A DNA stretch of 64,000 bases. It comes from Octopus bimaculoides (taxonomy: Eukaryota). Positions 37,721-53,397 of this stretch are shown in pieces. The notes under the pieces were generated by a model that did not search any database, was not told where the DNA came from, and worked only from the letters and a program-made list of their open reading frames with translations. The first letter of the stretch is position 1, and every line of letters starts with the position of its first letter. The position numbers and the translations under genes are program-made. Where the stretch lies: NCBI RefSeq assembly GCF_001194135.2, contig NC_068984.1, forward strand, positions 59,183,575-59,247,574, read 5' to 3'.

Positions 37721-38226
37721 TATATATATATATATATACATACATACATATACATACATATATGTATGTGTATGTATATATATCCTTCAATATGCATGTT
37801 ATATAATATTCCATCAAATAATATATATTTATATATTGTATAATATAATAATTATATATTATATTTACATATATATATTTCTTAATATAAAATAATATAA
37901 AGTATATTGTAATATATATAGTTTATTATATATATATATATATATAATGTATATATTATATATGTATGAATGTATATATATTTACATATATTATATTTAT
38001 ATATATGGGTGTGTATAATTATATAAGTGTATGTATATATATATTATATTAAATTATATTATAATGTATATATTATAATATATAATATTGTTAGTATTGT
38101 TATTATCAATATTTTTAGTGTGTCCAGGTTGTTTATTAAATCTAGTATTGTATTCAATTTATTGCATTTTCATTTCTCATAGCAGGATCAATAATCTACA
38201 AAGGAGCATTTTCAAATTATTATTGT

Positions 38227-38311
<85 letters not shown>

Positions 38312-38521
38312 CTCTCTCTATCTATCTATCTATCTATCTATCTATCCATCCATCTATTTATCTATCTATCATTCTATCTATCTCTTTACTAAATCTTGAA
38401 ATCTTGTACATCATCACAAAGAAGTTTGTGTTAAAAAAGAAGATACAAATAAAGCAGAATTCAGTCTTGTAAAATGACCAACAAGTTAACTATTTCCATT
38501 TTCAGTCATTAACTTAATCTG

Positions 38522-38744
38522 TTAACCCTTTAAGCATTCTGATTAGTCAGTCAAGAGTAATGCTTACTTATTCACATTGCTTCAAATTAATTATGCATTA
38601 TCTTGTAGCTATGAGATTTCAATGGTTGTTATATTGAAAATGACATTGTACAGAAGGTGTGATGGATCAGATCTGGCCAGTTTGAACATACAACAGGTAG
38701 AATATTTGGGCCAGATATGACCAGTTTAGATGCTAAAGGTTTAA
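38522..38744 (+). mobile_element. piggyBac-like MITE copy
   Basis: TTAACCCTTTAAGCATT ... GATGCTAAAGGTTTAA. Confidence 0.75.
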
Positions 38745-39315
38745 ACCGATTATGTTTTAACAGATTTACATACTATATTGAAATGTAGTCTTTTAATGAT
38801 TAAGAAAGCATTAACTGAGTATTAACATTAATCAGTCATATATGCTGTAGTTTCTTAATAATAAAACAAAAATCAATGACTTCAATAGCTGATATGTATA
38901 CAAAGTTTGCAATATACAAATTTGAAGAGTGTCTAAAGCTAAAGTTACATAAGAGTGTTACTATATTTCAGCATTATTATAAAGCTTAAATAAGTGTAAT
39001 TGTCAGAGTATTTGCAGTATAGCAGCAGAATTGCAAAAGTTATCAATCTATCTATTTATCTATCTATCTATCTATCTATCTATAGATTGACGGATGGATA
39101 GTTAGACCGATAGACAGACATGCTCACTCTACAGAATAATTTTTGCATTTCACTCTTTTTCATTCTTAATGATAGAACAAATGAATATTCTGTTTATTGG
39201 CAGTGACAGATTCAATCTTCAGCTTTTAACTAATTAATTAATAATCAGCACCACTTATATTGAGTACTCCTATTTATATACTGAAAATGAACACTTATAC
39301 ACACACACACACACA

Positions 39316-39350
<35 letters not shown>

Positions 39351-41489
39351 TGTGTGTGTATAAAATCAGTTATGCATATATTAGAACATATAGTCATCTA
39401 ATTCAAAAGAAATTAATATTCATAGTGTAGAAAGAGATGATGGAAATAAAATCAAAGAGGTTGAGTGGACAAGATATTGGAGCTACTTATTCATCAATCA
39501 TGAGCTCACAGTTCTGCTGTCAGGAATAGTTACCAGATCATTTGAGAATGTTGCCTGTGATAGACTGGTGTCCTATCCTGTGATATTTGAACAATTACAT
39601 ATATATGTATATGTGTAAATGGATATTCTTTTTCATGATGTATAAAATTAAGATTTTTGTAAAATATTCAAGTCAAATTTAATTTTTCTTTCAATATATA
39701 ATTTATAATTCTACTTATCGAAAAACAAATTTAAATTGCTTTCCAGTGTATATACATATACATACATACATGCATATACACACACAGATATATATTAAAA
39801 TAAATATAACTTAAGCATTCTAATTGGAAACAAATTTCACGGTGAGCTTAACACTGTAATCTACTATTTCAATTTCAACATTTTCTATATTGTATTATGC
39901 TCAATTTCACAAGTTTTTAGCTCTTAAATATTTTCTGTGACTATCGCAAAGCATAGTGAACCAGAGAGATAGCTGAACTTGTAGAGAATCTAAACTTAAA
40001 CGACATTACAATATTTAGTTATTTCATTGCCCTACATGCTGAGTTCAAATTTTGCCAAGGTTGACTTTGGTCTATCATCCTTCTGGCACTGTAAGGTGGG
40101 GTTTGACAAAATTAGTACATGTAATATATTCTGGGCTTGATTCAATTGATTATATCTTTCTTTAATGAGAATTGACTTCATGCCCAGTTGAAATATATGA
40201 GTTATTCTTGTGACATGTAAAAGATGCAAAGAATTTGTAGAATTACATGGAATCATGACTTTTAGTTTGTTTAAGGTTGGTTAGTAAAACAACATAAAAG
40301 ACTCACACATAAATTATTACATACTACATATAGTTTATTTGATTAATTTAGAACAAGACTATTTTAGGAATTTCAGGAACTTTTTATTTTAAAAGTGCTT
40401 GATTTAAGAATTGAAATCTGTCTACAAAAATAATAATGATAATAAATAAATAAATAACCAAATAAATTATTTTGAACTAATTTGGTTCAGATATAAAAGT
40501 TTTCAAATGTAACTTTTGTTTTGACCTTTTTTTTAAAAAAAAAAAGCCCCACTTATAAATTTCCAATGACAGAAATATAGTGACTTCAAAATGAGCTAAC
40601 CCTTTATCTATATATATTAAATTTTACCTGTAAGTGAAACAAAAATACAACACTTCAATTTCTCAAAGGTTAAGTACTTGGCATATGACACGTTGTTTCA
40701 TAAGGAAAAATTTTTAAATTGTCATTTTTAGTCAACCATAGTTCATTGTGACATTTCGCCTGCCCCTGCAAAAAAAAATCATCACTTATAATTATTTGCT
40801 GAAAAAAAAAAATAATAATAATATAATTTTTCATTAATCTAAAGAATATGAGGTAAGAAGAGATTGGCAGTTCATAGTTGACTTATATTTGCTTCATTCT
40901 GGTGCCATTCTGTTGTAGTTTGCTGTTTTCAACATAACTGGGGGAGATGCCCAGCTTATTGATTGATGTGTGTGTCTGTTTTGGATGAGTTTGTATTTGT
41001 CTGTGAGTGTGTATGCATGTATGCGTGTGTGTGTATATGTATACATATCTGTGAGTGAACAAGTAAAACACCTTCAAACAGTTTTTATCAGTAATTCGAT
41101 GAAATGCACTTAAGTTGATTGATTTCTAAACATTTTGATGAATATTTCATACATGAGTTTTGTCTACATATCTGAACAGAGAATGAGAATTATTGTAACT
41201 ATTATATTCCATCTACACTGTAACATATCTAATCAACCTATTGGAAGCAAATACACATATGCACACACAAAAGACTCACATAGTTACACACAAAAACATG
41301 CAGACATTTACTTTCATACATACATTAAATGCATCCACAGACATGCACACATAAAGTTTATTATAAAAGCTGATGTATTGAAAAAAACTTATTGATGATT
41401 TACCTGAGATTGAATAAAGAAACATGTTTTACATTCAGTTGTAACAACATTTGACGTGGGTATAACGACCATTTGGAAGAGGTTAAATA

Positions 41490-41555
41490 TGTGAAGCCAC
41501 GACACCATATGAAACTACAACACTATGTGAAACCACATCATGTGAAGCCACTCCA
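41490..41555. repeat. Short imperfect tandem repeat (ATGTGAA[G/A]CCAC)
   Basis: About four diverged units spaced 15-21 nt apart. Confidence 0.6.
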
Positions 41556-42569
41556 GTGTTTAAAAGCTATCCTACTTTCATTGAAATTCTATTCATATTC
41601 TTGCTTGAGGTACTTTATACATATTTCACTGCTATATATTTATTATGTAATAATTTTTTCTTTGAGAATCTGGTGGCAATAATGAAATAGTAAAAATTCC
41701 AAACATTTCTTTTTAGTGGCTGGCCTAATCAAAGGGATGAGAGTAACACTCATCATGTTTTATGTAGCTTCTGAGACTGTGGAGACAGTGGAAGGAGATT
41801 AAGAAACCACAACATAAAAGTTGCCGCAGCAGAAAGCAGGATATGAAGCTATTGAGTTGTTCTTAAATTTGTGATGCTGTATCTAGTACACAATAACCTG
41901 CAAAACTGAGTTGAGTTTCATATCTCACCATTGTCAACATTGCCTTTCATATATCTGGAGAGGAGAGAGGAAGATTGTTAAAATGTGAACCAATAATATA
42001 CTGGGTTGTAGAATGGAAATCAGTTCAATCGCCTTTATTTCACCTCCTCTCTTTACAAAACTTGACTGTGAGTATGATGGAAAAATATCATTATTAAATG
42101 CTTTTGTTTGGCAGAGAAGAAAGAGAGAAATAAGAAATTCAAATAATATTTTGGTGCTAGGAATGTCATCCAAGTATACAAACTTGTTCCCCAGTGCCAG
42201 CACAGATAAGAACTGGACACATATAATATATAAATAAAATGTATTGCAATTACTTAGTATCCATGGTAATGTCCTAAAACTCAGCATGGCCACAGCCCAA
42301 ATGTTTAAAACCAGTAAAAGAATGTATTTTATGAAACTCAAAAACAAATTTGTGACTACATTTTTTTTATGAGACTTTTTCAATTAATTATTGGCTCATT
42401 AAATGAAATATTCTTTTTAATGACAACAAACTACTACAAACTCTTCTGCCAAGCAAACCATAACATTATTACAAAAGTCTGGGAATGGAAATGTGGAGTA
42501 GAGATAGGTAAACATTTGGCTGGTTTTGTATTATTATTATTATCATCTTCATCATCATCATCATCATCA

Positions 42570-42616
<47 letters not shown>

Positions 42617-42618
<2 letters not shown>

Positions 42619-42839
42619 GGTGGTGAGCTGGCAGAATTGTTAGCATGCTGGGCAAAATGCTTAGTGGTATTTCACCCATCACTACAGTCTGAGTTCAAAT
42701 TCCACTGAGGTCGACTTTGCCTTTCATCCTTTCGGGGTCAATAAATTAAGTACCAGTGAAACACTGGGGTCGATATAATCGACTAGTCCCCACCCCACAA
42801 ATTTGAGGCCTTGTACCTCCAGTAGAAAGGATTATTATT

Positions 42840-42872
<33 letters not shown>

Positions 42873-42880
42873 ATTGTTGG

Positions 42881-42913
<33 letters not shown>

Positions 42914-43779
42914 GGTGGCAAGCTGGTAGAATTGTTAGCATGCTGGGGGAAATGCTTAGTAATATTTTGCCCATTGCTATATTCTGAGTTCAATTTCCGC
43001 CAAAGTCAATTTTGCCTTTCATCCTTTCAGGATCAATAAAGTACCAGTGGTGTACTGGAGTCGATCTAATCAACTAGTCCCCTCCCCAAAATTTCAGGCC
43101 TTGTGCCTATAGCAGAAAGGATTATTATTACTATTATAATTAAGGCAGTGAGCTGGCAGAACTGTTGGTAGACTTGGCAAAATGTTTAGTGGCATTTCAT
43201 TCTTTACATTTTGAGTCCAAACTCCACTGAGGTGATCTTTACTTTTCATAAAATAAGTACCAGTTGAACACTGGATCAATGTAATCAATTTGACCCTCTT
43301 CCAAAATTTCAGGCCTGTACCTATAGTAGAAAGGATTATTATTATTCAATAAAAAAAAATATTCTTTACATTCTGAGTTCAAATCTTGCCATGGTCAACT
43401 TAGTCTTTCATCCTTGCTAGGTCAATAAAATGAAATACCAATCAAATACTTATGTTGATTTCAACTCAACTCTTCCCCTAAATTTCATGCTTTGTGCTTA
43501 TGTTAGAAACAATTATTATCATTATCATCATCATAATCATCATCATCATCATCATCATTATTATTAAGGCGGTGAGCTGACATAATCATTAGCACGCCAT
43601 GCAAAATGCTTTGCAGCATTTCATCTGTCTTTACGTTCTGATTTCAAATTCCACTTAGGTTGACTTTGCCTTTCATCCTTTTGGGGGTTGATAAATTAAG
43701 TACCAGTAAAGTACTGGAGTCGATGTTAGTAACTATCCCCCTCCCCCAAATTTCTGGGCTTGTGCCTATAGTAGAAAGG

Positions 43780-43829
<50 letters not shown>

Positions 43830-44346
43830 GGTGGCATACTGGCAGAATCGTTAGCATGCTAGGCAAAATGCTTAGCAACATTTCATCCATCCTTACATTC
43901 TGAGTTCAAATTCTACTGAGGTCAACTTTGCCTTTCATCCTTTCAGGGTCAAATTGTGCTTATGTAAGAAATTATTATCATCATTAATGGGATAGCTGTC
44001 AGAATTGGTTGACTTTAGTTTTCATATTCATAGAATAATAAAAGTTATATACTGGTATCAGTTTTATCAACTATACTCTTTCCTATCAAAATATTTAGCT
44101 TTGTGCATATATTAGAAATTATTATTATGATTATCATTAAGGCAGTGGACTGGCTGAATCGTTAGCACACCAAGCAAAATGCTTAGTGACATTTCGTCCA
44201 TCTTTACAATCCGAGTTCAAATTCCACCGAGGTCAACTTTCATCCTTTTGGGATCGATGAAATAAGTACCAGTTGAGCACTGGGTTTGATGTAATCGACT
44301 ATCACCCTCCCCCAAAATTTCAGGCCTTGTGCCTATAGTAGAAAGA

Positions 44347-44387
<41 letters not shown>

Positions 44388-44595
44388 AAAGGCAGAATGA
44401 TTTGCATGCCAAACATTTCTTCCAGCTTTGTGTTCTGAGTTCAAATACCATCAAGATTAACTTTCCTTTCATCCTGTTGGGCTTGATAAAATAAGTACCA
44501 TTCAAGTACTGGGGTTGATGTAATCGATTAGCCCCCACCCCCACCCCACCCACTTCTCCCCCCAAATTTCAGGCCTTGTATTTATAATAGAACAG
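42617..44595 (+). mobile_element. Array of about nine co-oriented 9167-type SINEs separated by (ATT)n
   Basis: Copies start near 42617, 42912, 43142, 43360 (5'-truncated), 43566, 43828, 43985 (degenerate), 44139 and 44388; most end in GTAGAAA(G)G followed by ATT repeats. Confidence 0.85.
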
Positions 44596-45539
44596 ATTGT
44601 TATTATCAATATTGCAATCATTGTAGAACAGAGCTCAAGATCTTGCAAATCCTAGTTTACTTTCAATTCTGCAGCTCAGTTAGTGTTAACATTTTTCAGA
44701 AATGTCACAGACATTTCACTCTCTCACTTCTCTCAATACAGTATCTGAGTAATAAATTTTTGCCATATCAGTGGTGAAATTGAACCTTCTGCTTTCTTTT
44801 CTTTCTTTCTGGTTTTCTTCCCCCAGTTTCTGTTCTCTCAACCTTTCTTTTTATATTTGCATATTTTGTCTCTCCCAGTGAATTCACTGACTAAAATCGA
44901 TAAATGATCATTTAAAAAAAAAAATGAAGGTTGCTTGTTTCTTACAGTTACAAACTGAAGAAAAGTGAGAAGTAAAAAATTAAGCCTCTCTCATTTATGA
45001 ATCTTAGCTAAAATAGAAGATTATGGTAGAATTCTTTTCTTTCATTGTTTTACTTTATGTGGAATTTTTGCTTCAATCATTAAATTATAGATCTTTCATA
45101 CTTGTATTTTTGCTAAGTTCTTTGCTGTTATTCTCTCCTCTCAAACAAACCAGTATCATAACATGATCACCACAAATGCTCTCACTTGTTATCAAGTTAC
45201 AGTTTTATACACTGGCTTTGATTCAATGAACTGTATCACTCTCATACAAAATTGGACCTACTACTATTACTATCATTACAACTATCTTTAGTAAATGTAA
45301 CAGGAATGAGCTAAACTTCTAGAAAGCCAAGTTCATAACCTGATTTCAATTACCAGTTGTAGCTCTTTTGACATCACTAGAGTTACTATCTCATTTTTCT
45401 TCATAGAGATCTTAGGCTTTGTGTCTTCGTAATTAACAAAAAAACAAAATAACTATTACTGCTGATACTGTTGCAACTATCCTCTATTGTGAAGATGATG
45501 ACTATAGTTAAACTACCATATCTTCTATCATTGTTGTTA

Positions 45540-45586
<47 letters not shown>

Positions 45587-45602
45587 NNNNNNNNNNATAT
45601 AT

Positions 45603-45634
<32 letters not shown>

Positions 45635-46286
45635 GTATCTTGTTTCTCTTATATTCTTCTGACTTTCTCCGGTGTTATAAAAAAACTTAGATATGTTTCA
45701 ACCAAAGATTGGTCCAGGCCATGTCTAACTTAATAGCACCACCTGATGTAAGAAATTTTAAAATTTTGCTGCTTTTCTTTTAATTTATTTTTTTCTAACT
45801 CTGTGGTTACCCCATTTTTAGGTTACAGTGTAACTTTGTTTCTATCTAAAATAATTTCTTGCTCATCAATTTTTATTGATTACCAATGAGCAATAGTAGT
45901 TAAAAGGAAAACAGAAAGAAAGCCAATGAAAAGGTAAAAATCCAGATCAAAAATTGAAAAATAAAAACAAAGTCCTACATTGTCCTAAAACACCAATCAT
46001 CTAAACTATATTTATCATTTATCAACAATCTATATTTGTTACTATCCTCAGGTTGGTCCTATCAGTTTACACATTGCTGTCATTGTAAATGAGCCAACAC
46101 AAAATAGCATTGCAGTTGACCAGGTTATTGTTATTGCCTTTCCAACAGGTAAATACTTTGTCTTACCTCCCTATAAAGAGGGTCTAAATAAGTGAAACTG
46201 TACACAAACTATTACAGCTGAAATTATTTATAAAAATTTTTGAAATATACTCAAATATAGACATGCATATTTGCTAATCCATATAT

Positions 46287-46349
<63 letters not shown>

Positions 46350-49234
46350 ACACATATATATGTGTGCAAACAAATATATTTACATTTATACATTAGTGAG
46401 AGTAATATTCTGAACCTGGATTTGTTTAAATGAAAAAGTGGTCATGCTTATCAAATTATTATGTTGGAGGGGTGTAAAATTATAAAAATAAACAAATTTT
46501 TGGCATAAATCTCAAGAAAGAGGAGGAAAAAAGTAAAGCAAAGAATTATTTTTGTAGTGTTCTTATATTGAAATTTCTAGATTCTATTGATTTATGTTGG
46601 CTTGCCTTTTCTTATTTTGGTGGGAGCACATCATTAAAAAAAATGTTTTTTTTTTTTCAAAAACATTGGTTATAAACCAAAATAAATGCATTTAATATAC
46701 AAGTTTCTTGAAGATGGTAATCATTTGAAATCTACCTTAGAACTTTCATTACAAAACAGATTATTTTCTTTGCTGAATGTAACTCCGAACAGATCAGTTT
46801 GTATCTTCAGATGACATTCTTGTAATCACAGAATTCATACTTTTCAATATTTTTTCATGTGTTTCCTGGTGTTCCAAGATTAGTTGCTATGAGCCAAAGA
46901 AGTGAAAAATGACAATTATAAACAGACAGAGCAGCTGTTGATATCAATATAATCATTGCTTGATATCTACTGATATCCATTTATGATCCTGATAATTGGG
47001 GGGAAAAATTAAACATATCATTCTATTTCCTTCAAAGTAAAAAAAAAACATTTAAATTATGATGTCTTTCTAAAGTCATAGTGGCAATTATTTACAGTGC
47101 ACATCAGTATGTTCTGGAGAAGATGAAATGACCAAATGGATAAGATATTGCACTATCAAACTGAAATGGTTTGAATTCAAATCTGCTGCCAGCCATTTTA
47201 TTGTGTCTCTGGGCAGTACACTTAATTCTTTGTTACCTTAGTTCATCCAGATATCAGAAATATATACCAGAACTTACGGTAAACTGGTAAACAAAAACTT
47301 AGCATTCTGTCCAGTGGCAAGACTTATCTCTCTTATCTCTCTCATAATTTAACAACATGAAACTTAAAATAAACCTTGATTTTATAAGTCTTTATGGTTC
47401 ATGAAGACATCCATTTTGCACCCCACAAAAAGTTGTACCACTTTTGATTTCATGACTTATGGCTTTCAGTTATGATAAACTTTAATTAAATATATTCATT
47501 TTGAGATTTAGTTTGAAACACCAATGATAATAACAGTTTTTTTAAACAACATTTCAATCATTCTACATATGTTGTCATATCTGTGGACAAGATATCTGAG
47601 TCTGACATCCATATTTTTCCACTTCCTATATTACTGGTATTTTATACGTCATTTTAAAAGTAAAGCTGTTGGTATAAGATAATTTCTCATTACTGTCATC
47701 TGATATGTCATACATGCAAAGAATATTTCTTTATTGAAAATAGCACTTAATGCTTTCATCCCATATGCACTACATTAAAGCTTTGTTACTTGAACATAAG
47801 CCCTTACTTAGTGCTAGCTTTCTGTGCCATCGTAGTTTCCATTTTGAAACTATCTCATTTTATGTGTATTTCTTATTGCATGACATTGTCAGCCACACAC
47901 ACGTGTATGTGTCTGTGTGTGTATGTATTTGTATGTGGGGGTGGTATATATGCACACACACACATACACACACACATTATATATATATATTGAACAGCTT
48001 CTCTTCCCTACACATTTATATGAAAGATATGGCTTTGTGTTCAAGTTTGATCCTTTTTTATCAACAATTCTTCCTAAGTCCATTAACATTTCAAGAACTT
48101 CTTGACCTCATCTTCTGAATGAAATAACAAAAGTAGTGCATTGTTGTTGTGTTTTGTAATAAACAGAAAGGGATCATAAATATGATAAAATCATCATTGC
48201 CAGAAGTCAACTCTTGGTTACTTTCATAGTTTACTTCACATGTGCTTCATCTGCAGTGAGAGTACATTAAGTTCTTGACCAATCATTTCATTTCACGTTT
48301 TTATGAGCACTTCGATATCTGATATGTGACACACCATGCTCCTATACAGGTAATGTTGATTTGATGGAGGAAGTGAACTAATGTTCACCACAAACATTTG
48401 ATCACTATAAACAAATCATCTGTGCAGGTTGTTTAGCAAGAAGTTGTGGAATTATCTCTATCAGATACAAGAGACTGCCAATAACATTTGTGTTGTGAAT
48501 TTTTTATTTACATTTTACTATAAATAAAGTATTCATTGTTTTAACTTATAGATAATCTGACAAAATAATCTGAAAAATTAAAGAAGCTCTATTAAAAGTA
48601 AAATACAATTTATAAAACAACACACTGATACAGGATATATGACAAAATTATGAAATACAACCAGAGTTAAAAACTTAAAATTTTTCACTCCAGTAATAGT
48701 GACTTTTATCATTCACAGAATCATTCCTATGTTTTATACTGGCCAGAACATAACATTGCAAAGAAAGGTCACTATTGTGATTTCTCTACAGATTTGAGCC
48801 ACAAAGTTCTTCAAGTGAGAATGAACTTGTTACAAACGAAAATAAGGACACAACTGAGGAACTCCAAAAAACATTGTGACTAAAATAAAGATTATACTTG
48901 AATAGAGTTGCTTTTCATACCAACATTATATTTATATATATACATCTGTATTTTTGTATGTGCGTGTGTGTGTATATAGTGAAAGACAAAGGAGAATAGA
49001 GATTGTTAATAACACATTAAAGTAAAGATAGCATTTTGGTAGTATTTATGTTGATTGTGTAACATATATTTTCTTATATGAGTTATGAGCGAGGGAGTAA
49101 ATGACAAAACACATGAAGCTAAGTGTAAATGACACAGTATGGTATGAGAATCACTGACGGAGAGGGTTCATCTTTGACTGGTAACCTGTATATCCATTGT
49201 TTAGCTCTAGGTCTGCTAGGTGGAACTAAACAGC

Positions 49235-49287
<53 letters not shown>

Positions 49288-49763
49288 TATATATGAAGAG
49301 TGTTGTAGTTCACTTGAAGCATTGTAGTACAGATGTAGAATAATAAATGAAAAGGGGAATGAGGAAAGCTTCTAACAATGCAGAGAAGCAAGTTAAAAAT
49401 CCTTTATATTTCAGATACAAAGGTCCATCTTCAGAAGCATACAGTCAAAGAAATGTGTGCCTATGTAGATCCTGCCATTTGAACAGCCAGATAGCAGTGA
49501 CCCTGTTTTAGTCCAGTGCGTGTGCTAGTAACACCAGACTAAAATAGGATCACTATCCATCTGGCTATCAGAATGGTTGGATCTACATAGACACACACTT
49601 CTTTGATTGTACACTTCTGAAGATGAGCTTTTGCACCTGAAATATAAAGGTTTTTCAACTTGCATCTCTGCATTGTTAGAAGCTTTCCTCATCCCCCTTT
49701 TCATTTATTATTCTACTTCATATATATATATGTGTGTGTGTATGCATACATACATACATACAT

Positions 49764-49834
<71 letters not shown>

Positions 49835-52246
49835 CATATATACATGTATATATATATATACATGAGAGTTCTGCAAAACAGTCTGGAGATAAAAGACCTG
49901 CATATAATAGAGTTGCATACTATAGAAAATTGTATTAAAAGGTGAATGTTCACAAATTGTGAATCTGAATTTGGTATGTTACTAATTCTTAAGCAATAGA
50001 TGAAGTGAATCAAAAAATGTTATACATGTGTACTAAATAACGAATTGAAAATTTATAACAGACAATATTGAATCTTTACATTAACATAATATTAATCTGT
50101 TGAAATTTAACCTAGTAGGTATTTTCAAATCACTTAACAAGAAATTCTTATTGATGACAAGAAAAATTTTTTATGATATGTGTATGCTAACAATAGAAAC
50201 TATATTCTTACAAGATTCAGCTATTAAGTGTGCTAAAATATCAAAGCAAATATTTTTCTTTGTGACAGTAAAATATCTTAGTTCTTTACAGGTATTTAAC
50301 ATAGAATTGTTGTGGAATAAAAAAAATTCATCTTGTCAGAAAGATTACAGCCTTCATTACTCTATTTATAAGGTATGGTCTTTTGTAATATCTTCCAAAT
50401 GATTATATAGTGTATAGTTTTAAATATTTCTTAAAAACCAAATGAACTTTTTGTCAGCCGATCTTTTATATTTGCAAGAATGATATTGATATTGTTGAGG
50501 GAACCTTTACAATAGATGAAGTGAATCTGCTTTCTTTTTCTCATGCTTGACAAAAAGTTTTCTGGTGGTGATAATAAATTTCATTGTTTCAGTTGATGTT
50601 TATCAAGGTGGTTGCATTTTATAAACATTTCAGATTTAGCATTTAGATAACAGAATTGAACAGCTATTTAGTGTGTGACACTTTTCAGATGTATATAACT
50701 TACACTATTCATTCTCATTGACGTATGTTTTGCCTCTCCCAAGGATTTCTCATCTGATGTTGAAATCAGAAGCTTGTTTTTTTTTGAAATGGCAGATATG
50801 ATTGAAAAGTTTTGTCACACCTCTTATCTATATATCTTCCATAATTCCTATATAGTGTTTACATACTACTTCAATGTTTGGTTTCGTTTCGTTTCGTTTG
50901 GAGAGGGACACTTGTAATTCATAAATCTTTTGCTCCAGTATTGCATGTATAGTTAGCCTCAGTTACTTTAGAATGTTTATGAGTTACTAGTATCTTCATA
51001 TCAATAATATACATCTATGCATGTGTGTATGAATATGTGTGTGTGTGTATGTGTGTGTGTGCGCGCGCGTGTGTGTGTGTGTGTAGTACATCTTTTCATT
51101 TTGATATATGCTGATGTACAACTGTATTCTAAATACGTTTTTTGTTAGGGTTTTTACACATTTTCATTTGAGTTCCTTGTTGTTCGTTTGTAACAGTAAA
51201 GTTCATAAGTCCATCATTAATATTTGTAGATCCTCAGAATTTCATCTTCAGAAGGAAGTAATGTTGTTATGATATGCTTCTCTGTCATAGGCAGGACTAT
51301 TTTGATTGATGTATATATCACTATCAAAATTTCAATTATGACTGTTAGATTTATGCATCAACAGCTACACATCTCTTTTTGTTTGTGACTTGCGTTTGTT
51401 AACTTGTTTGTTTATTTGTTTTATTTTAGCTTTGTGCTGTGGTATGAGAATTGCCTCCATCATTACTTGTCTATTTTTATGGGAATTCTGTTGAGTAAAG
51501 ATGTATTATCCACAAACATTTTCCTCTCGTCTTGTACTGTATTGCAATTGTTCTTTGTTGTAAGTGCATGAGGAGCCAGCAGTGGGGTGTCTGGACTGTA
51601 TAACATTTGAAATCATCAAGTTTACAAATTATGTATTTGCAATTGAGTTTACTTACCAATTGTAGCTGGATCATTATCATTAGCAGCTTGCTCATAGTCT
51701 TATAATAAGATGTTTTGTTATTCACAAAACATTCGTAATTTTAATGGTTTGTAATGTGTTATTAATGTTGGTTTATGGTTCTGTATAATGCATTTCGTGG
51801 TTTTATTTTTATGAAATTTTTTATACTATGCTATAGAATGCATTTGATTCAGTTAATACATTTTATGCATGGTTTGTGTGTTTAAACCCTTTAAGTGCAG
51901 AAAAGCATTGCATGAATGTATATCCCAAACAGGCAAAAAACGAAAAAATATCTTTTTCTTTGGGGTAATTTTTATACTTATTTTCACTTTAAATAAGTAC
52001 AAAAGTTATAATAATTCTTAGTCTCTCACACGATAAAATTTACAATTTCATTACTGAAAAGTGCCATAAAATATTCACTTCCCTTTGCTGATGGCCATAT
52101 CCATGTACAAATCTTGAAACATTAATTCAGGATGTCCACTGTTCTCTAATAAAACATCAATCAATGATGTCTGCCATTTAAGGGTTTGCATTATGTATTT
52201 GTTGCATTTTATTTATTGGTCTATGAGTTTGTAAAAAATAAAACAC

Positions 52247-52247
<1 letters not shown>

Positions 52248-52287
<40 letters not shown>

Positions 52288-52520
52288 GTTTAATGTCCGT
52301 TTTCCAAGCTGACATGGGTTGGACAGTTTGACTGGGGTCTGGGAAGCCAGGAGGCTGCACCAGGCTCCAGTCTGATCTGGCAGTGTTTCTACAGCTGGAT
52401 ACCCTTCCTAACGCCAACCACACCAAGAGTGTAGTGGGTGCTTTTTACATGCCACTGGCACAGGGGCCAGAATGGGCTGGTAACGACCATGATCGGTTGG
52501 TGTTTTTTACATGCCACCGG
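52248..52520 (-). mobile_element. Copy of the (GAT)n-tailed repeat family
   Basis: (CAT)n-CGTTTAATGTCCG...CTGGATACCCTTCCTAACGCCAACCAC...ATGCCACC x2. Confidence 0.75.
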
Positions 52521-52943
52521 CACATTTTTGTTTATTCTGTGGATTTCTTCACACAGTGCTTCATGTATGAAAGATAATCTAAATGCTATTCTAAGGAATA
52601 TAGTACTGATATTTTGTACCTGTGTGAACATGAGAGTATAAGCATGTCTCCATCAAAGTATATGCATATATTTGTTTTTAGTGTAACAAAGATATGATAT
52701 GTCTGATATTTTTTATCTGATTATTTTATGTTTGGAAATTGCATTTCATTTGTTCTGTTGTGAATGTTGAATTTTTAGTCAGTTTCCATTTTTAGATGTT
52801 TCTGTCATTTCTCAATATTTTCGTATGTCCAAAGAACTTGTAAAATATAGAGAAAAAAACCTTGATAAAAAGAAACAAAACTAGAAATCAATTATTATGT
52901 TTTTAAAACTATATGCATATACATACATACATACATACATACA

Positions 52944-52975
<32 letters not shown>

Positions 52976-53157
52976 CATACATACATATATATATATATGC
53001 AATAGGGTTTGTGTAATGTAATTTCATGTTACTTCAAAGCTTTTGGGTATACAACCCTTCTGTTACATGGGGGGGGATCTTATCATCATCATTCATCATC
53101 ATCATCATCATTCATCATCATCATTATTCATCATCATCATCATTCATCATCATCATT

Positions 53158-53397
53158 CATCATCATCATTTAACATCCATTTCCCATGCTGGCTGGATGG
53201 TTTCACTGAAAACTGGTAAGCTGGAGAGCTGCACCAGGTTCCAATCTGATTTGACATGGTTTCTATAGCTGGATGCCCTTCCTAATGTCAACCACTCCAA
53301 GAGTGTAGTGGGTGCCTTTTACATGCCACCGGCATGGGTGTCACTCATGAAACGCTCGCGTTGGCCACAACTATGATCTCACTTGGCTTGTCAAGTC
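53158..53397 (-). mobile_element. Copy of the (GAT)n-tailed repeat family
   Basis: Same diagnostic blocks, preceded by an expanded (CAT)n/(CATT) tract. Confidence 0.7.

Noticed and set aside
48000-52240. Long TE-poor AT-rich stretch resembling a 3' UTR or second gene
   Set aside because: No coding exon, splice-consistent ORF or defined boundary could be supported from sequence alone.
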